64,000 nt of DNA, taken from an uncultured delta proteobacterium. Its GTDB lineage: Bacteria > Desulfobacterota > BSN033 > UBA1163. The notes beneath the pieces are model-generated. The model was not told where the DNA came from and made no database searches. It saw nothing but the letters and a program-made list of their open reading frames with translations. Where the stretch lies: the NCBI GenBank assembly GCA_963827685.1, contig CAWHBU010000004.1:817708-881707 (forward strand). The letters run 5' to 3'. Shown here piece after piece: positions 8,902-19,664 of the stretch (position 1 is the first letter of the stretch; each line of letters starts with the position of its first letter). The position numbers and the translations under genes were made by a program.

Positions 8902-11397
8902 TTACACTTTCTTTATCCGGTCAATGGGCACCTTCACAGGGTACTCCTTCATTTTTTGCCACTGCAGTTGGCGATGCCGCGGCAAAACCATCACCCCTGA
9001 AGCCATGTTCTCCGCTATGGACACATCAATTTCCAATGGTCCTCCATCAAGGGAGAGAACGACCCTGTCTCTGTCGTTGAGATTCAATCTCTTGGCATCC
9101 TTTGCATTCATAAAGAGACATGGAGATTTTTCAACCTGCTGGATGTATTTGGAGTAACCAGAAAGTTCTTCTGTACCAAAGGTCCAGTCCACGAGTAGGA
9201 GTTCCAGAGAATCGAGAGGAGAAGAGGACTTTTCCAATTTTCCCAGCGCATCCTGAGAAAAAGGGCTTCCACTCCTTTGAGCAGGGATGAGTCGGATATT
9301 CTCTCGCGGATCAGAAGGTTTCAGATTGGTAAAGATTGGATTTTCTTTAGCCAACCAGCCCCACAAGTCATTGAATGACATCGTGGGAACCAAAGACATG
9401 GCATGGGCGAGTTCTTCCAAAATCTGCCAGGCTGCTTTGGGTTCACTTCCTGGAATATCACTTCTGAAGGTTCTTGGTGGATGATCGGCAGCACTTATCT
9501 GCTCAATCGGTATCCCCCCGGCATGAACTGGTTTTGAGAATTGGGCTCTCCCTTCCTGATTGATAAAGGCTGACTCCGTTTCAAAAAGAGGCATTGTTGG
9601 TAACAAGATATGTGCAAGTTGTGCCGATCTCGAATTCAGATAGTCGAGCACCAATAAGAAATCGAGCTTATTGAAAGCCTGCTTCAGCCTCTGTCGGTCC
9701 GGGAAAGAGGAGAAGGGATCGCTCTCGACAAGAATGAGGGCCTTTACAGAACGATTTTCAATCGCCTCAATAATCTGCATCAAAGAATAATTCTCTGGAG
9801 AGAGAAGTGAGGCACCGAATGCATTCGCCCCTGGCATCAGATAAAAAAGCCCGGTTTTTCCCTTCGCTGCCTGGAGGAGCAGGGCGTTGTCAGCCGCCAC
9901 TTCGGGCGTCGTCTTACGAACAATATCGGTACCGCACACGATTACGGGACGATGACTTTGCTGGAGTTTTGACGAAAGTCCGACGATATGATTGTTGATC
10001 GAAGGATCGAAAGGAGAATCTGTCGGGGCCGCATCATAGAAGCGGAGGGCATCAGGTCCGAAGACTTCTGCAACAGAGCGACTGACTGCTCTCTTCACGA
10101 CCAGACTCATTAACAGATCCATATCCGAAGGAGATAATGGCAAATGGACAAATTCAAAAGGAAGAAAAATAGGCCTGGGATCGATCACCGCTGTGGTTGC
10201 TCCGTTACGATAGGCCTGTCTCATCGCCATAGTAAGCATAGGAGCTTCATTGACAGGATCCGCGCCCACTGTTAGGACGAAGTCGGCCTTCTCAATCTCG
10301 CGCATAGAAATGGCGAGTTGTTTATCCAACCTCGAAATGGCACTCTTCAACTTGCCAGCGATGATAGGATCATCAAAATAACCCGGTTCCTGCCATCCGT
10401 GTAGCTGGCAAGAACGCTTCAGCATCCCTTGATTCTCAAGGCTACTGCGACTGGAACTCATACAGGCGATCGAACGGGGTCCTCCGCTCTGCATGATCTG
10501 TTTTAATCTTTCCCCAGCTGTTCGGATCGCTTTATCCCACAAAACCTCTTCCCCACCGATTCTTGCCCTCCGCGGCCTTTCGGGGAGGTTGGCATAGTCA
10601 AAGCCATATCGTCCGCGGTCGCAAATAAAATATCCATTGACCGCTTCATCGAAATGCGCTTCGAGCCGAACGATCTCGCGATAACGGGCGCTCGTGATCG
10701 TATGGCATCCCAGGCAGCAATGGATACAAAGGGAGGAGCCTCGTTGATAGTCCCAGCGCCGGCCCTTGAAGCGAGATGGCTTGTCTGTATAAACGCCCGT
10801 TGGACAGATATCGATGAGGTTTCCAGAGAAAGGGCTTTCCAGAGAGCCATCCTTGAACCGGCCGAAATAAGTATGATAAGCAATCTGCAAGGCTCCCAGG
10901 TCGCGATAACCGGTAAACTCCTGATAATAACGGAGGCATCGCCAGCAATGGATACAGCGATTCATCTCATGCTGGACAAAGACGCCCAGATATTGGTCGC
11001 GATAAGTCCGCTTTTCACCAAGATAACGCCTGATGCCATGGCCGCCCGCAACGGTCATATCCTGGAGCAAACAGTGCCCGCCTTCATCACAGACCGGGCA
11101 ATCATGGGGATGGTTCATCATCAGCCACTCAATGACATGTTTGCGAAAATCAACTGCCTCTTCATTGGTCGTTGAAACCACCATTCCGTCTTGGGCGTCG
11201 GTCATACAACTCATCTGCACCCCCTTGACCGGACCTTCCAAAAATTTGACCGCACACATACGGCAGGCGCCTACCGATCCAAGAGCTACATGATAGCAAA
11301 AACGCGGGATGATGATTCCCAGGCGCTCAGCGGCCTCAATGACTTTCATCCCTTTTGGAACTTCGATTTCTATACCGTCAATCCTTAACTTGGGCAT
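8902..11397 (-). CDS. nuoG: NADH-quinone oxidoreductase subunit G
   Basis: IPRFCYH...GACRMC, HPHDCPVCDEGGHCLLQ, CIHCWRC, DICPTG, plus CIHCCLGC...C (N7-type cluster). Confidence 0.95.
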   Translation of the reverse strand: MPKLRIDGIEIEVPKGMKVIEAAERLGIIIPRFCYHVALGSVGACRMCAVKFLEGPVKGVQMSCMTDAQDGMVVSTTNEEAVDFRKHVIEWLMMNHPHDCPVCDEGGHCLLQDMTVAGGHGIRRYLGEKRTYRDQYLGVFVQHEMNRCIHCWRCLRYYQEFTGYRDLGALQIAYHTYFGRFKDGSLESPFSGNLIDICPTGVYTDKPSRFKGRRWDYQRGSSLCIHCCLGCHTITSARYREIVRLEAHFDEAVNGYFICDRGRYGFDYANLPERPRRARIGGEEVLWDKAIRTAGERLKQIMQSGGPRSIACMSSSRSSLENQGMLKRSCQLHGWQEPGYFDDPIIAGKLKSAISRLDKQLAISMREIEKADFVLTVGADPVNEAPMLTMAMRQAYRNGATTAVIDPRPIFLPFEFVHLPLSPSDMDLLMSLVVKRAVSRSVAEVFGPDALRFYDAAPTDSPFDPSINNHIVGLSSKLQQSHRPVIVCGTDIVRKTTPEVAADNALLLQAAKGKTGLFYLMPGANAFGASLLSPENYSLMQIIEAIENRSVKALILVESDPFSSFPDRQRLKQAFNKLDFLLVLDYLNSRSAQLAHILLPTMPLFETESAFINQEGRAQFSKPVHAGGIPIEQISAADHPPRTFRSDIPGSEPKAAWQILEELAHAMSLVPTMSFNDLWGWLAKENPIFTNLKPSDPRENIRLIPAQRSGSPFSQDALGKLEKSSSPLDSLELLLVDWTFGTEELSGYSKYIQQVEKSPCLFMNAKDAKRLNLNDRDRVVLSLDGGPLEIDVSIAENMASGVMVLPRHRQLQWQKMKEYPVKVPIDRIKKV

Positions 11398-11516
11398 CTG
11401 TTTGGTTTTTCTGGTTTCTTAAGTTTCTTTCGTTTATTAGGTTTATCTCCCTACGTCGTTTGGGTAAAAGCTGGTTCTTTTTTTCCTACTGCTTACTGCC
11501 TACTGCGTTCTGCTTA

Positions 11517-12785
11517 CTATTTCTTATATGGACATTTCTTCTGGCTGATGTGCTCCTGGACCTCATCCGGAAAATGATCGAGCAAGCTCGTTACAGGCAT
11601 AGTGGCTCCAGGAGCAAAAGCACAATAGGATTTCCATGTGTGTTGACTCATGCGCCGGAGCATAGGAATAAACTCTTCCCTCCCCTCTCCAGCCTCGATG
11701 CGCCAGAGCAAATCCCTGATGAAGGGCAGTGCCTCTCGACAAGGGGTGCACCAGCCGCAAGATTCCCGGACGAAAAATTCGATCAAATTCAAAGTCGCTC
11801 CAACCAGACAGGTTTTCTGATCGAAGACAATGACGGCACCGGTCCCCAGCCTGTTCCGGCACTTCTTTAGGCCCTCGAAATCCATCTCGACATCATAATC
11901 CTCTTTCCCGAGAAAACAGGTGGAAGCTCCCCCCGGCAGACACGTCTTGAATTCGGACCCCGGAAGCAACCCGCCCGCATGTTCTTCAACGATTTCACTT
12001 AGGCGTGTTCCCATGGGAAGTTCAAAACAACCCGGACGATTCACCTTTCCACTGACACAATAGAGCTTCGTTCCGGCACTGGTTTTGGTCTTGGCTAAGG
12101 CTTTGAACCATTCGGGCCCATTTCTGATGATATGGGGTACGTTGACAAGGGTTTCCATGTTATTCAGAACTGTGGGCTGATCCCAGAGTCCCTTCTCCGT
12201 CGAGCGAGGGGGGGATTGTTTAGGATGAGCTCTCATCCCCATGATGGCATTGATTTGTGCTGTTCCCTCGCCGCAAATATACCGGCCCCCACTTCGGTGG
12301 ACGACGAGATCGAAGGAGAAGTCACTTCCCATGATATTCTTGCCAAGGTAGCCAGCCTCTTTAGCGATCCTTATCTCTCTTTCAAGAATGAAAGCACTGC
12401 TTTCGTAAGAAGGCCGGACAAAGACAATTCCCTTTTGTGCTGAGACAGAATATCCAGCGATTATTGTTCCTTCGATGATCATGTGGGGGTCGGCATGGGT
12501 CATGATGCGATCCTTAAAGGTGCCGGGTTCCATTTCATCAACATTGGTGATCAGGTATCTCGGGAAAGGAGCATCGTCAGCAACCGATTTCCATTTAAGC
12601 CCTGCAGGAAATCCAGCCCCTCCACGCCCCTGAAGTCCTGAATCGATAACGATCTGTTGGACTTCCTTGGGAGAGTATCTCTGAAGGGCCGTGGCTAATG
12701 CCTGGTAGCCGCCACTTTGGCGATACTCGTCTATCGTGGCGATTCGGTTTGGTTTGCGATTCTGGAAGATCACTTGCGGGTACAT
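11517..12785 (-). CDS. nuoF: NADH-quinone oxidoreductase subunit F
   Basis: GRGGAGFP, NVDEMEPGTFKDR, YICGEGTA, ESCGWCTPCRE. Confidence 0.95.
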   Translation of the reverse strand: MYPQVIFQNRKPNRIATIDEYRQSGGYQALATALQRYSPKEVQQIVIDSGLQGRGGAGFPAGLKWKSVADDAPFPRYLITNVDEMEPGTFKDRIMTHADPHMIIEGTIIAGYSVSAQKGIVFVRPSYESSAFILEREIRIAKEAGYLGKNIMGSDFSFDLVVHRSGGRYICGEGTAQINAIMGMRAHPKQSPPRSTEKGLWDQPTVLNNMETLVNVPHIIRNGPEWFKALAKTKTSAGTKLYCVSGKVNRPGCFELPMGTRLSEIVEEHAGGLLPGSEFKTCLPGGASTCFLGKEDYDVEMDFEGLKKCRNRLGTGAVIVFDQKTCLVGATLNLIEFFVRESCGWCTPCREALPFIRDLLWRIEAGEGREEFIPMLRRMSQHTWKSYCAFAPGATMPVTSLLDHFPDEVQEHISQKKCPYKK

Positions 12786-12790
12786 TCAGC

Positions 12791-13285
12791 TTACCTTGCC
12801 ATCCTCGGTTGAGGTATTTCAGACCTCAACCGGTTGAGAATGTCGTCAATTTTTTCAGGAGTCAAGGGACCATAAGCCCTCCCGTTGATCAACATGGCGG
12901 GGGAGAGATCACAATAGCCGATGCAGGCGGTGGGAAGTATGGTAAACAATCCATCCTCTGTCGTTTCTCCAGGTCTGATCCCGAGTTTTTTAGAGAGATA
13001 ATCCAGCACCGAATTATACCCGTTCATCCAGCAGACGACGCCATCGCAGACGTGGATAACGAATTTCCCTACTGGCTCGCGATAAATAAAATCGTAAAAG
13101 GTGGCGATTTCCTCCAATTCCAGGGGGGTCATACCAAGAAGATGGGCGCCTTCTTCGAGCGCCTCATCGCTCAGATAACCAAAGTGATTCTGCAAGGCGA
13201 ACATAATATCCACGGCCAATTCCCGGGGATGATCCACCTTGGCAATCTGTGTTTGTAATGTTTCGAGTAGTTCTATAGGCAACAT
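12791..13285 (-). CDS. nuoE: NADH-quinone oxidoreductase subunit E
   Basis: IATFYD, CDGVVC and CIGYC 2Fe-2S motif. Confidence 0.93.
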   Translation of the reverse strand: MLPIELLETLQTQIAKVDHPRELAVDIMFALQNHFGYLSDEALEEGAHLLGMTPLELEEIATFYDFIYREPVGKFVIHVCDGVVCWMNGYNSVLDYLSKKLGIRPGETTEDGLFTILPTACIGYCDLSPAMLINGRAYGPLTPEKIDDILNRLRSEIPQPRMAR

Positions 13286-13296
13286 AAACCTAACCT

Positions 13297-13438
13297 AATT
13301 GAGGAATTGCGAATTTAGGAATTCATAAGGCTTATTGGGTCAATTGAGCTTATTGGGTTATTGAGTTAACGCAAAGAACTCAAGTAACCCAAGCAACTCA
13401 AATAACCTTGTAATTCCCCAATTCCTAAATTCCTCAAT
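13297..13438. repeat. Low-complexity 8/9-bp degenerate repeats
   Basis: aattgagg/aatttagg units, ttattgggt/aactcaagt units in mirror orientation and aattcctc units filling the nuoD-nuoE gap. Confidence 0.55.
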
Positions 13439-15904
13439 TCACCGATCAATATCCGGTAAGATGTAATCGATTGACCCAACAATGGCCAGCAGGTCCGAAA
13501 CCAGCCTTCCCTTCGCCATCAACGGCATCACCTGAACATTGGCGAAGCCAGGAGTTCGTATGCGCATCCGGTATGCCATATGGAGTCCATCGCTGACGAC
13601 ATAGTAGCCTTGCTCGCCTCTTGCAATCTCAGTGGCTGTGTAAGCCTCTCCTCTGGGAATCTTTGGTCCTCGTGTCACATTAATAAAATGATGAATAAGG
13701 CTCTCGATATCTTTTAGAGTGTCTGATTTATCCGGAACCGCATAACGATAGTCATCGCAGACATACCTTCCGCCGGGCATCTTGGCTGCAGCCTGTTCGA
13801 TGATCCTTAAACTCTGTCGCATCTCCTCCACCCGAACCAGATATCGTGCATAGCAGTCCCCATTTTCAGCCGTTGGAATGTCGAATTGAAAATTCTCGTA
13901 GCCAGAGTAAGGAAATTTTTTTCGCAGATCCCATTCCAGGCCGCAAGCACGTAAGTTGGGCCCAGTAACTCCCCATTCCATGGCATCCTTCAGAGAGAGC
14001 TGTCCTACACCGCGAGTCCTGGCTTCAAAAATGGGATTTTTTGTGATCAGTGATTCGTATTCTTTGAGGCGGGCCGGAAAGATTTTAATAAAGTCATCGA
14101 CCGCCTCTTTCCATCCCTCCGGTAAATCGGCCGCTACCCCCCCGATTCGAAACCAGCTTGGGTGAAGACGGCCGCCCGTGATCAGTTCAACGATATCCAT
14201 GAGCTTTTCCCTTTCACGGAAGGTATAGAAAGTCGGGGTGATCGCTCCCACATCGTGGCAATAGGTACCAAACCAGACGAGATGATTGTTAATACGAAAA
14301 AATTCACTGAGCATCACCCTAATATACTGAGCCCTTTCAGGAACCTGAATACCTGTTAGGGTCTCTACGGAGTGAAGATAAGAGAGGTTATTTGCCGCGC
14401 CACCGAAATAGTCCACCCGATCTGTATACGGAATGAATTGGTGCCATGACTGGCGTTCACCGATCTTCTCAACACCTCTGTGGTGATAACCGACATCCAT
14501 ATCGATATCGACGATGTTCTCGCCATCCAGGGAGACGACAAACCGCATCAGACCATGGGTACCCACATGCTGAGGTCCCATATTCAAAACGAGGAGTTCT
14601 TGATCCCCCTCGCGCCTGACAAACATTCCTGCATCCAAAGGTTGATGCATCCTCGTCGACTCCTGAGTATAGGGCTCCATCTCCGTTGCGCGGCCAGGGT
14701 AGCTTTTCCTGAGGGGGTGTCCTTCCCAATCGTGAGGGTTCAGAATCCGGCGCAAATCAGGATGGCCTCCGAACCGAATCCCGAACATATCGTAAACTTC
14801 CCGTTCATACCAGTTGGCAGAGGGCCAGAGATCGGTAATTGTCTTGGTCATAGGATCTTTGGTCTTTAATCCCACCTTTAAGCGTAAACGAGTAGGAGGG
14901 TCAAAGGAAAGGAGATGATAGACGAGGGTATAATCGGGATAGGTCTCGCGGACAGGGCGTTCTGATTCACCACCTGAAATCTCATGAGCAACCGTTCCAG
15001 CGTATGCCACATAAGGTTCCAGACCACGTCGTGCAGATTCATCGATAGCGGTTAAGTCATCGAGTCGAAGATACCGGGGTGTCGCTTCAGTCTTTAGAAA
15101 CTTTAGGACCTCCTTCAGACGGTTTTCCGCCACATGGAAAGTTGGCATATCCGATGTTTGTAATGTCCGCTGAACTGAATCTCCGAACCTTTCCTTGAGG
15201 ATTTGAGCGAGAGATGTATCCTGCTCAGTTATCTCAATCCGGTGCGGAGGCGGCGTCCACATGAGATCAGAGCGGGTATCCCAAAATTTCGGCGGTGTGA
15301 CAGAGATTCCCCTGATCGGAAGGCCTTCATAACCCGGACCCCGTGTATCTCTCGACTTGGTTTGACCGTCCACAAGGATCGGCTTTTGGCTCCCCTGGGT
15401 TCCTCCTGCAAGATGCAAAACAGAACGGGCTGGACTTTCGGTGGCGATCTTTCGCTGCAATAAAAGTAGTCCGTATTCGAGGGCCTCGGGACGGGGAGGG
15501 CAACCTGTAACATAGACGTCTACAGGAATGATCTGATCCACACCCTGTACCACGCTATAGACATCATACATCCCTCCACAATTGGAACAGGAGCCCATCG
15601 ATATCACCCACTTGGGTTCTGCCATCTGCTCGTAAAGTCTTAAGACAATTGGCGCAATTTTCTTAAAAACTGTTCCGGCGACAATTAGGAGATCCGCTTG
15701 TCGGGGAGACCCTCGCAGCACCTCGGTTCCAAAACGGGCCAGATCGAAGCGGGGTGTGAACACGGCCGCCATCTCAATAAAACAGCATGATGTTCCGAAG
15801 AACAAGGGCCAGAGGCTATATTGGCGGGCCCAATTGATCAGTGTATCAAACTGGGTCAGGATGATGTTTTCCGGACATCCCGGTCTTTCGGAGTTGGTCC
15901 CCAC
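13439..15904 (-). CDS. nuoBCD: Fused NADH-quinone oxidoreductase subunit B/C/D
   Basis: One ORF with NuoB ([15 protein letters not shown]), NuoC ([17 protein letters not shown]) and NuoD ([21 protein letters not shown] end); GTG start at 15904 inferred. Confidence 0.9.
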   Translation of the reverse strand: MGTNSERPGCPENIILTQFDTLINWARQYSLWPLFFGTSCCFIEMAAVFTPRFDLARFGTEVLRGSPRQADLLIVAGTVFKKIAPIVLRLYEQMAEPKWVISMGSCSNCGGMYDVYSVVQGVDQIIPVDVYVTGCPPRPEALEYGLLLLQRKIATESPARSVLHLAGGTQGSQKPILVDGQTKSRDTRGPGYEGLPIRGISVTPPKFWDTRSDLMWTPPPHRIEITEQDTSLAQILKERFGDSVQRTLQTSDMPTFHVAENRLKEVLKFLKTEATPRYLRLDDLTAIDESARRGLEPYVAYAGTVAHEISGGESERPVRETYPDYTLVYHLLSFDPPTRLRLKVGLKTKDPMTKTITDLWPSANWYEREVYDMFGIRFGGHPDLRRILNPHDWEGHPLRKSYPGRATEMEPYTQESTRMHQPLDAGMFVRREGDQELLVLNMGPQHVGTHGLMRFVVSLDGENIVDIDMDVGYHHRGVEKIGERQSWHQFIPYTDRVDYFGGAANNLSYLHSVETLTGIQVPERAQYIRVMLSEFFRINNHLVWFGTYCHDVGAITPTFYTFREREKLMDIVELITGGRLHPSWFRIGGVAADLPEGWKEAVDDFIKIFPARLKEYESLITKNPIFEARTRGVGQLSLKDAMEWGVTGPNLRACGLEWDLRKKFPYSGYENFQFDIPTAENGDCYARYLVRVEEMRQSLRIIEQAAAKMPGGRYVCDDYRYAVPDKSDTLKDIESLIHHFINVTRGPKIPRGEAYTATEIARGEQGYYVVSDGLHMAYRMRIRTPGFANVQVMPLMAKGRLVSDLLAIVGSIDYILPDIDR

Positions 15905-16287
15905 TCCAGGCCCCCTTTTTTCCAGAGATAGAAGAGACTGATCAGAAGAATGGTGATGAAGAAAGATATCTGCCACCAACCTGCCCAGCCAAGGCGATCA
16001 AAGGCAATAGCCCATGAAAAGATATAAGCCGCTTCCACATCGAAGATGAGAAAAAAGGCGGCAATGAGATAGAAAGCGACGGGGTAGCGAAATCGGGCCG
16101 TGCCGGTTGGGATGATGCCGCATTCATAAGGTCTTAACTTTTCCGGGTTGGGCTTCTTCTCCCCGAGCCAGCTGGAAAGAAAAAGCAGAGCGGCTATCAG
16201 GATGAGTACCAGAAGACCGTAGATCGCTAAAGAGAGTATGCCCGGTTCCCAGGGCGATAGAGTTCCCATTCCCGGAATAAATTCCAT
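15856..16287 (-). CDS. nuoA: NADH-quinone oxidoreductase subunit A
   Basis: [35 protein letters not shown]; start uncertain (16287 or 16269). Confidence 0.9.
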   Translation of the reverse strand: MEFIPGMGTLSPWEPGILSLAIYGLLVLILIAALLFLSSWLGEKKPNPEKLRPYECGIIPTGTARFRYPVAFYLIAAFFLIFDVEAAYIFSWAIAFDRLGWAGWWQISFFITILLISLFYLWKKGGLEWGPTPKDRDVRKTSS

Positions 16288-16523
16288 TTCCTTTCTCTCA
16301 ATGATCCATACTTCTACCAAAAATATCTTTATCGTGTCAATGTTCCATGCTTTTTTTTCATCTAAATTACAATTAAAGAAACTGATAGTAAATGGGCTAA
16401 ACTCAGTATTTCTGAAGCAGAAATAATGTATTTTGGCTTTTCCAGTCACTCTTTTAAATAACAATTCTCTAAATTGGGATTTGGGGTTAATAGAATTCTG
16501 GATCGTGGAAGAAATATTATGAT

Positions 16524-16697
16524 ATGATGACATATTGCTATCATCTGACTTTCAATACCTACGAAGAGGGCAACTTGAGTTTGGACGGATATCTGAATCG
16601 GGTGGTTTTCTACCAGAACCGGCCTCTCTCCAGAGAGGAATTGAAGGCATTGATGTTTACCCAACCTCTGCTCTATCCTCTGCCTAAGGAAGAGTGA
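16524..16697 (+). other. 57-codon ORF or 3' remnant of a lost gene directly upstream of the prpD-like gene
   Basis: MMTYCYHLTFNTYEEGNLSLDGYLNRVVFYQNRPLSREELKALMFTQPLLYPLPKEE; stop lies 1 nt before the next ATG. Confidence 0.3.
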
Positions 16698-16698
16698 T

Positions 16699-18063
16699 AT
16701 GACACATGCCGAGCAACTCGCTGTATTCGTAGTACGGGCTTCCTATGACGACCTATCAGAGGCCGCTCGTCATCAGCTCAAAATCCGGATATTAGACGGC
16801 CTGGGGTGTGCGATCGGCGCTCTCAACGGAGAACCCATTCGTTTGCTCAAGGCACAGATTGAAGAGTTTGATGGCGCTGAGCATTGTACTCTGATCGGAG
16901 GCGGAAAGACGGCACCCGACCGTGCAGCACTTTATAATAGTGCCTTGGTGCGCTACCTGGACTTTAATGACAGCTACTTGGCCAAAGGTGAAACCTGCCA
17001 CCCGAGCGATAACCTCGGGGCAGTGTTGGCCGCTTCTGAGTATGTGAAGCAAAGCGGTCGGGAACTCCTGACCGCTTTGGCTGTGGCCTACCAGGTGCAG
17101 TGCCGTCTGAGCGACGTGGCCCCTGTCCGGGCCAAAGGTTTTGACCATGCCACACAGGGTTCCTATGCCGTCGCCGCGGGCGTATCTAAGGCGCTGGATT
17201 TAGACGAGATCCGAACTGCTCATGCGATTGCCATCTGCGGGACAGCCTTCAATGCCTTGCGGGTTTCCAGAACCGGAGCTTTGTCTCATTGGAAAGGTCT
17301 CGCCTATCCCAATACTGCTTTTAGCTGCACCCATGCCACTTTCCTGGCCATGCGGGGCATCACCGGTCCCCTGGAGGTATTCGAGGGGAACAAGGGTTTT
17401 ATGGATGCCATCGCCGGCAAGTTCAAGATCAACTGGTCTGAAGAAGGCCTCGAACGAGTGACACAGACGATCCTTAAGAAATACAATGCTGAGATTCACT
17501 CTCAGTCTGCCCTGGAAGGTATTCTGGAACTTAAGAAGGAATGCGCGTTGAGCGGGGAAGAAGTAGGGCGGGTCGAGATTGAGATTTTCGATGTAGCCTA
17601 CAACATCATCGGCGGTGGTGAAGAAGGAGACAAAACCATCGTCCGGACAAAGGAAGAGGCTGATCACAGTCTGCCTTACCTGGTAGCGGTTGCCATCCTG
17701 GATGGTCAGGTGATGCCTGAGCAGTACCGACCAGACCGCATCCGAGGTCAAGATGTTCAAACACTTCTTAGAAAAATTACCATCAAGCCGTCCGCCGACT
17801 ACAGTCGGAGATTTCCAGATGAGATGCCATGCCGCATCACTCTTACTCTTGGTGACGGACGAAGGGTGGTGAAAGACAAACCCGATTACGAGGGTTTTCG
17901 TAGCCGCCCCATGTCTTGGGAAACGGCGGTACAGAAGTTTGAGAAACTGGCAGCACCCTGTACGGAACGGTCGCTGTGTCAGGAGATTATCAGTGCGGTC
18001 TCCCATATAGAAGCGATTCAAGTCTCTGATTTAGCGAAATTGTTGGCCAATGTGAGGGGTTGA
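16699..18063 (+). CDS. MmgE/PrpD family protein (2-methylcitrate dehydratase-like)
   Basis: VRYLDFNDSY, CHPSDN, GFDH, LSHWKG, EEADHSLPY. Confidence 0.88.
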   Translation: MTHAEQLAVFVVRASYDDLSEAARHQLKIRILDGLGCAIGALNGEPIRLLKAQIEEFDGAEHCTLIGGGKTAPDRAALYNSALVRYLDFNDSYLAKGETCHPSDNLGAVLAASEYVKQSGRELLTALAVAYQVQCRLSDVAPVRAKGFDHATQGSYAVAAGVSKALDLDEIRTAHAIAICGTAFNALRVSRTGALSHWKGLAYPNTAFSCTHATFLAMRGITGPLEVFEGNKGFMDAIAGKFKINWSEEGLERVTQTILKKYNAEIHSQSALEGILELKKECALSGEEVGRVEIEIFDVAYNIIGGGEEGDKTIVRTKEEADHSLPYLVAVAILDGQVMPEQYRPDRIRGQDVQTLLRKITIKPSADYSRRFPDEMPCRITLTLGDGRRVVKDKPDYEGFRSRPMSWETAVQKFEKLAAPCTERSLCQEIISAVSHIEAIQVSDLAKLLANVRG

Positions 18064-18093
18064 GAAGAGTCTCTTAGAGAGGAGGATCTAAAA

Positions 18094-18936
18094 ATGGAAA
18101 AACCTAAAACTCAATCGAAAGATAGGGCTTTCGCTTTCCTAAAAGTGAACGACCGTCCGGCAAAACCGCGTTCGTCTGGGGTGACTGAGATCCGCGGCCC
18201 TTACTACACGCCAATGGGTAAGCGGTATTTGCAAGACATCCTGGAAACGATGGGAGCCTATGTGGACATCCTTAAGTTTGCAGGAGGCTCCTTCAGTTTG
18301 ATGCCGCGAGAGGCTGTCAAGGAACTGATCGACCTCTGTCACGAATACAACGTCTTGGTGGATACCGGCGGCTTCATGGAACACGTGTTGACACAAGGTC
18401 CAGAGATGGTGGATCGCTATATCCAAGAATGCAAGGAGCTTGGGTTTGATATCATCGAGATCTCTTGCGGCTTTATTACGATTCCGACCGACGATTGGGT
18501 AAGGTTGGTTGAAAAAGTGCAGAAGGCCAAGCTGAAGCCTAAACCGGAAGTCGGGATCCAGTTCGGGGCGGGTGGCGCCAGTGCGGTCGAAGAATTGGAG
18601 GCCGAAGGAACACGCGACCCCGAATGGACCATTTTACAAGCAAAGCGTTTTCTTGAGGCAGGGGCCTACATGATTATGATCGAGTCAGAGGGGATCACCG
18701 AAAATGTGAAGGTCTGGCGTACGGATGTACCCGCTAAGATCGTCGACGCGCTGGGTCTTGACAAGGTGATGTTCGAAGCGGCCGATTCCGAGGTCTTTGC
18801 ATGGTACATCAAGAACTATGGCCCGGAAGTAAACCTTTTTGTCGATCACAGCCAAATTGTTCAGATCGAGTGTTTGCGCTCGGGCATCTGGGGGACGAAG
18901 AGCCTCTGGGGCCGGGTGCTAACGTATAAGGGTTGA
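18094..18936 (+). CDS. Phosphosulfolactate synthase (ComA)/HSA32-like TIM-barrel protein
   Basis: VTEIRGPYY, VDILKFAGGSF, IEISCG, IMIESEGITE, VMFEAAD, YGPEVNLFVD, ECLRSG. Confidence 0.82.
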   Translation: MEKPKTQSKDRAFAFLKVNDRPAKPRSSGVTEIRGPYYTPMGKRYLQDILETMGAYVDILKFAGGSFSLMPREAVKELIDLCHEYNVLVDTGGFMEHVLTQGPEMVDRYIQECKELGFDIIEISCGFITIPTDDWVRLVEKVQKAKLKPKPEVGIQFGAGGASAVEELEAEGTRDPEWTILQAKRFLEAGAYMIMIESEGITENVKVWRTDVPAKIVDALGLDKVMFEAADSEVFAWYIKNYGPEVNLFVDHSQIVQIECLRSGIWGTKSLWGRVLTYKG

Positions 18937-18980
18937 AATATCGGTTTGCGTTTTCAAGGAACTTTACGCCCTTAAACTAC

Positions 18981-19067
18981 TTCCCCCCTTTACTAAAGGG
19001 GGGAAGGGGGGATTTAAAGTGGTAACCCTGGGCAAATCCCCCTAAATCCCCCTTTTCCAAAGGGGGA
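18981..19067. repeat. Inverted REP-like pair
   Basis: CCCCCCTTTACTAAAGGGGGG-AAGGGGGGATTT and AAATCCCCCTAAATCCCCCTTTTCCAAAGGGGGA. Confidence 0.65.
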
Positions 19068-19256
19068 CACTACAAGCAATTATTATTTATGGATAGGGTC
19101 TATGTCATTCAAAATTAATCTCTCAACCCGCTGAGGGTATCCTGACTTTTTCGCCTCATCAAGGTCTGGTATCAGATCCATCCATACGAGAGCACTGCAT
19201 GAAAAGGCTTGCCAAATGAGTCTCATGATGTTAAATACTTATTCAGGTGAGGAGAG

Positions 19257-19661
19257 ATGATTGCCTTCGACCTTTTCTGTTCAAACGGTCATAAATTTGA
19301 GTGCTGGTTTAGGGACAGCTCTTCCTTCGAAGAACAGAAATCTACTGGCATGATCACCTGTCCTATTTGTGACGATCATCAAATAGAAAAAGCCTTCTCT
19401 CCTTTTGCAATCAGAAGGGGCGGAGAAAGCGTGAAGGAGGAGATGGATCCTCACCGAGCCCTTCAGTTAGTCCATGAGTATTTGGATAAGCATTTTGAGG
19501 ATGTGGGGGCTGAATTTTACAAAGAAGCTCTCAAGATTCATTACGGAGAGACAGAGAAGAGGAATATTAAAGGGACGGCCACAACAGAAGAGGAGGTTAT
19601 CCTCAAAGAGGAAGGCGTCCAATTCTTCAAAATCCCCATTATCAAACGTCTGCTAAATTGA
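19257..19661 (+). CDS. DUF1178 family protein
   Basis: MIAFDLFCSNGHKFECWF, CPIC, EDVGAEFYKEALKIHYGE, RNIKG. Confidence 0.85.
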   Translation: MIAFDLFCSNGHKFECWFRDSSSFEEQKSTGMITCPICDDHQIEKAFSPFAIRRGGESVKEEMDPHRALQLVHEYLDKHFEDVGAEFYKEALKIHYGETEKRNIKGTATTEEEVILKEEGVQFFKIPIIKRLLN

Positions 19662-19664
19662 CAG

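Noticed and set aside
16288-16533. N-terminal extension of NuoA
   Set aside because: AT-rich intergenic sequence with no NuoA-like character.
17200-18021. 273-aa antisense ORF, and similar shadow ORFs such as 55378..56166, 62371..62871 and 12698..13258
   Set aside because: Lie opposite well-supported genes and show no protein motifs.
18094-18936. Coenzyme M biosynthesis call from the ComA-like gene
   Set aside because: No other CoM pathway genes are adjacent, and the family includes members unrelated to CoM.
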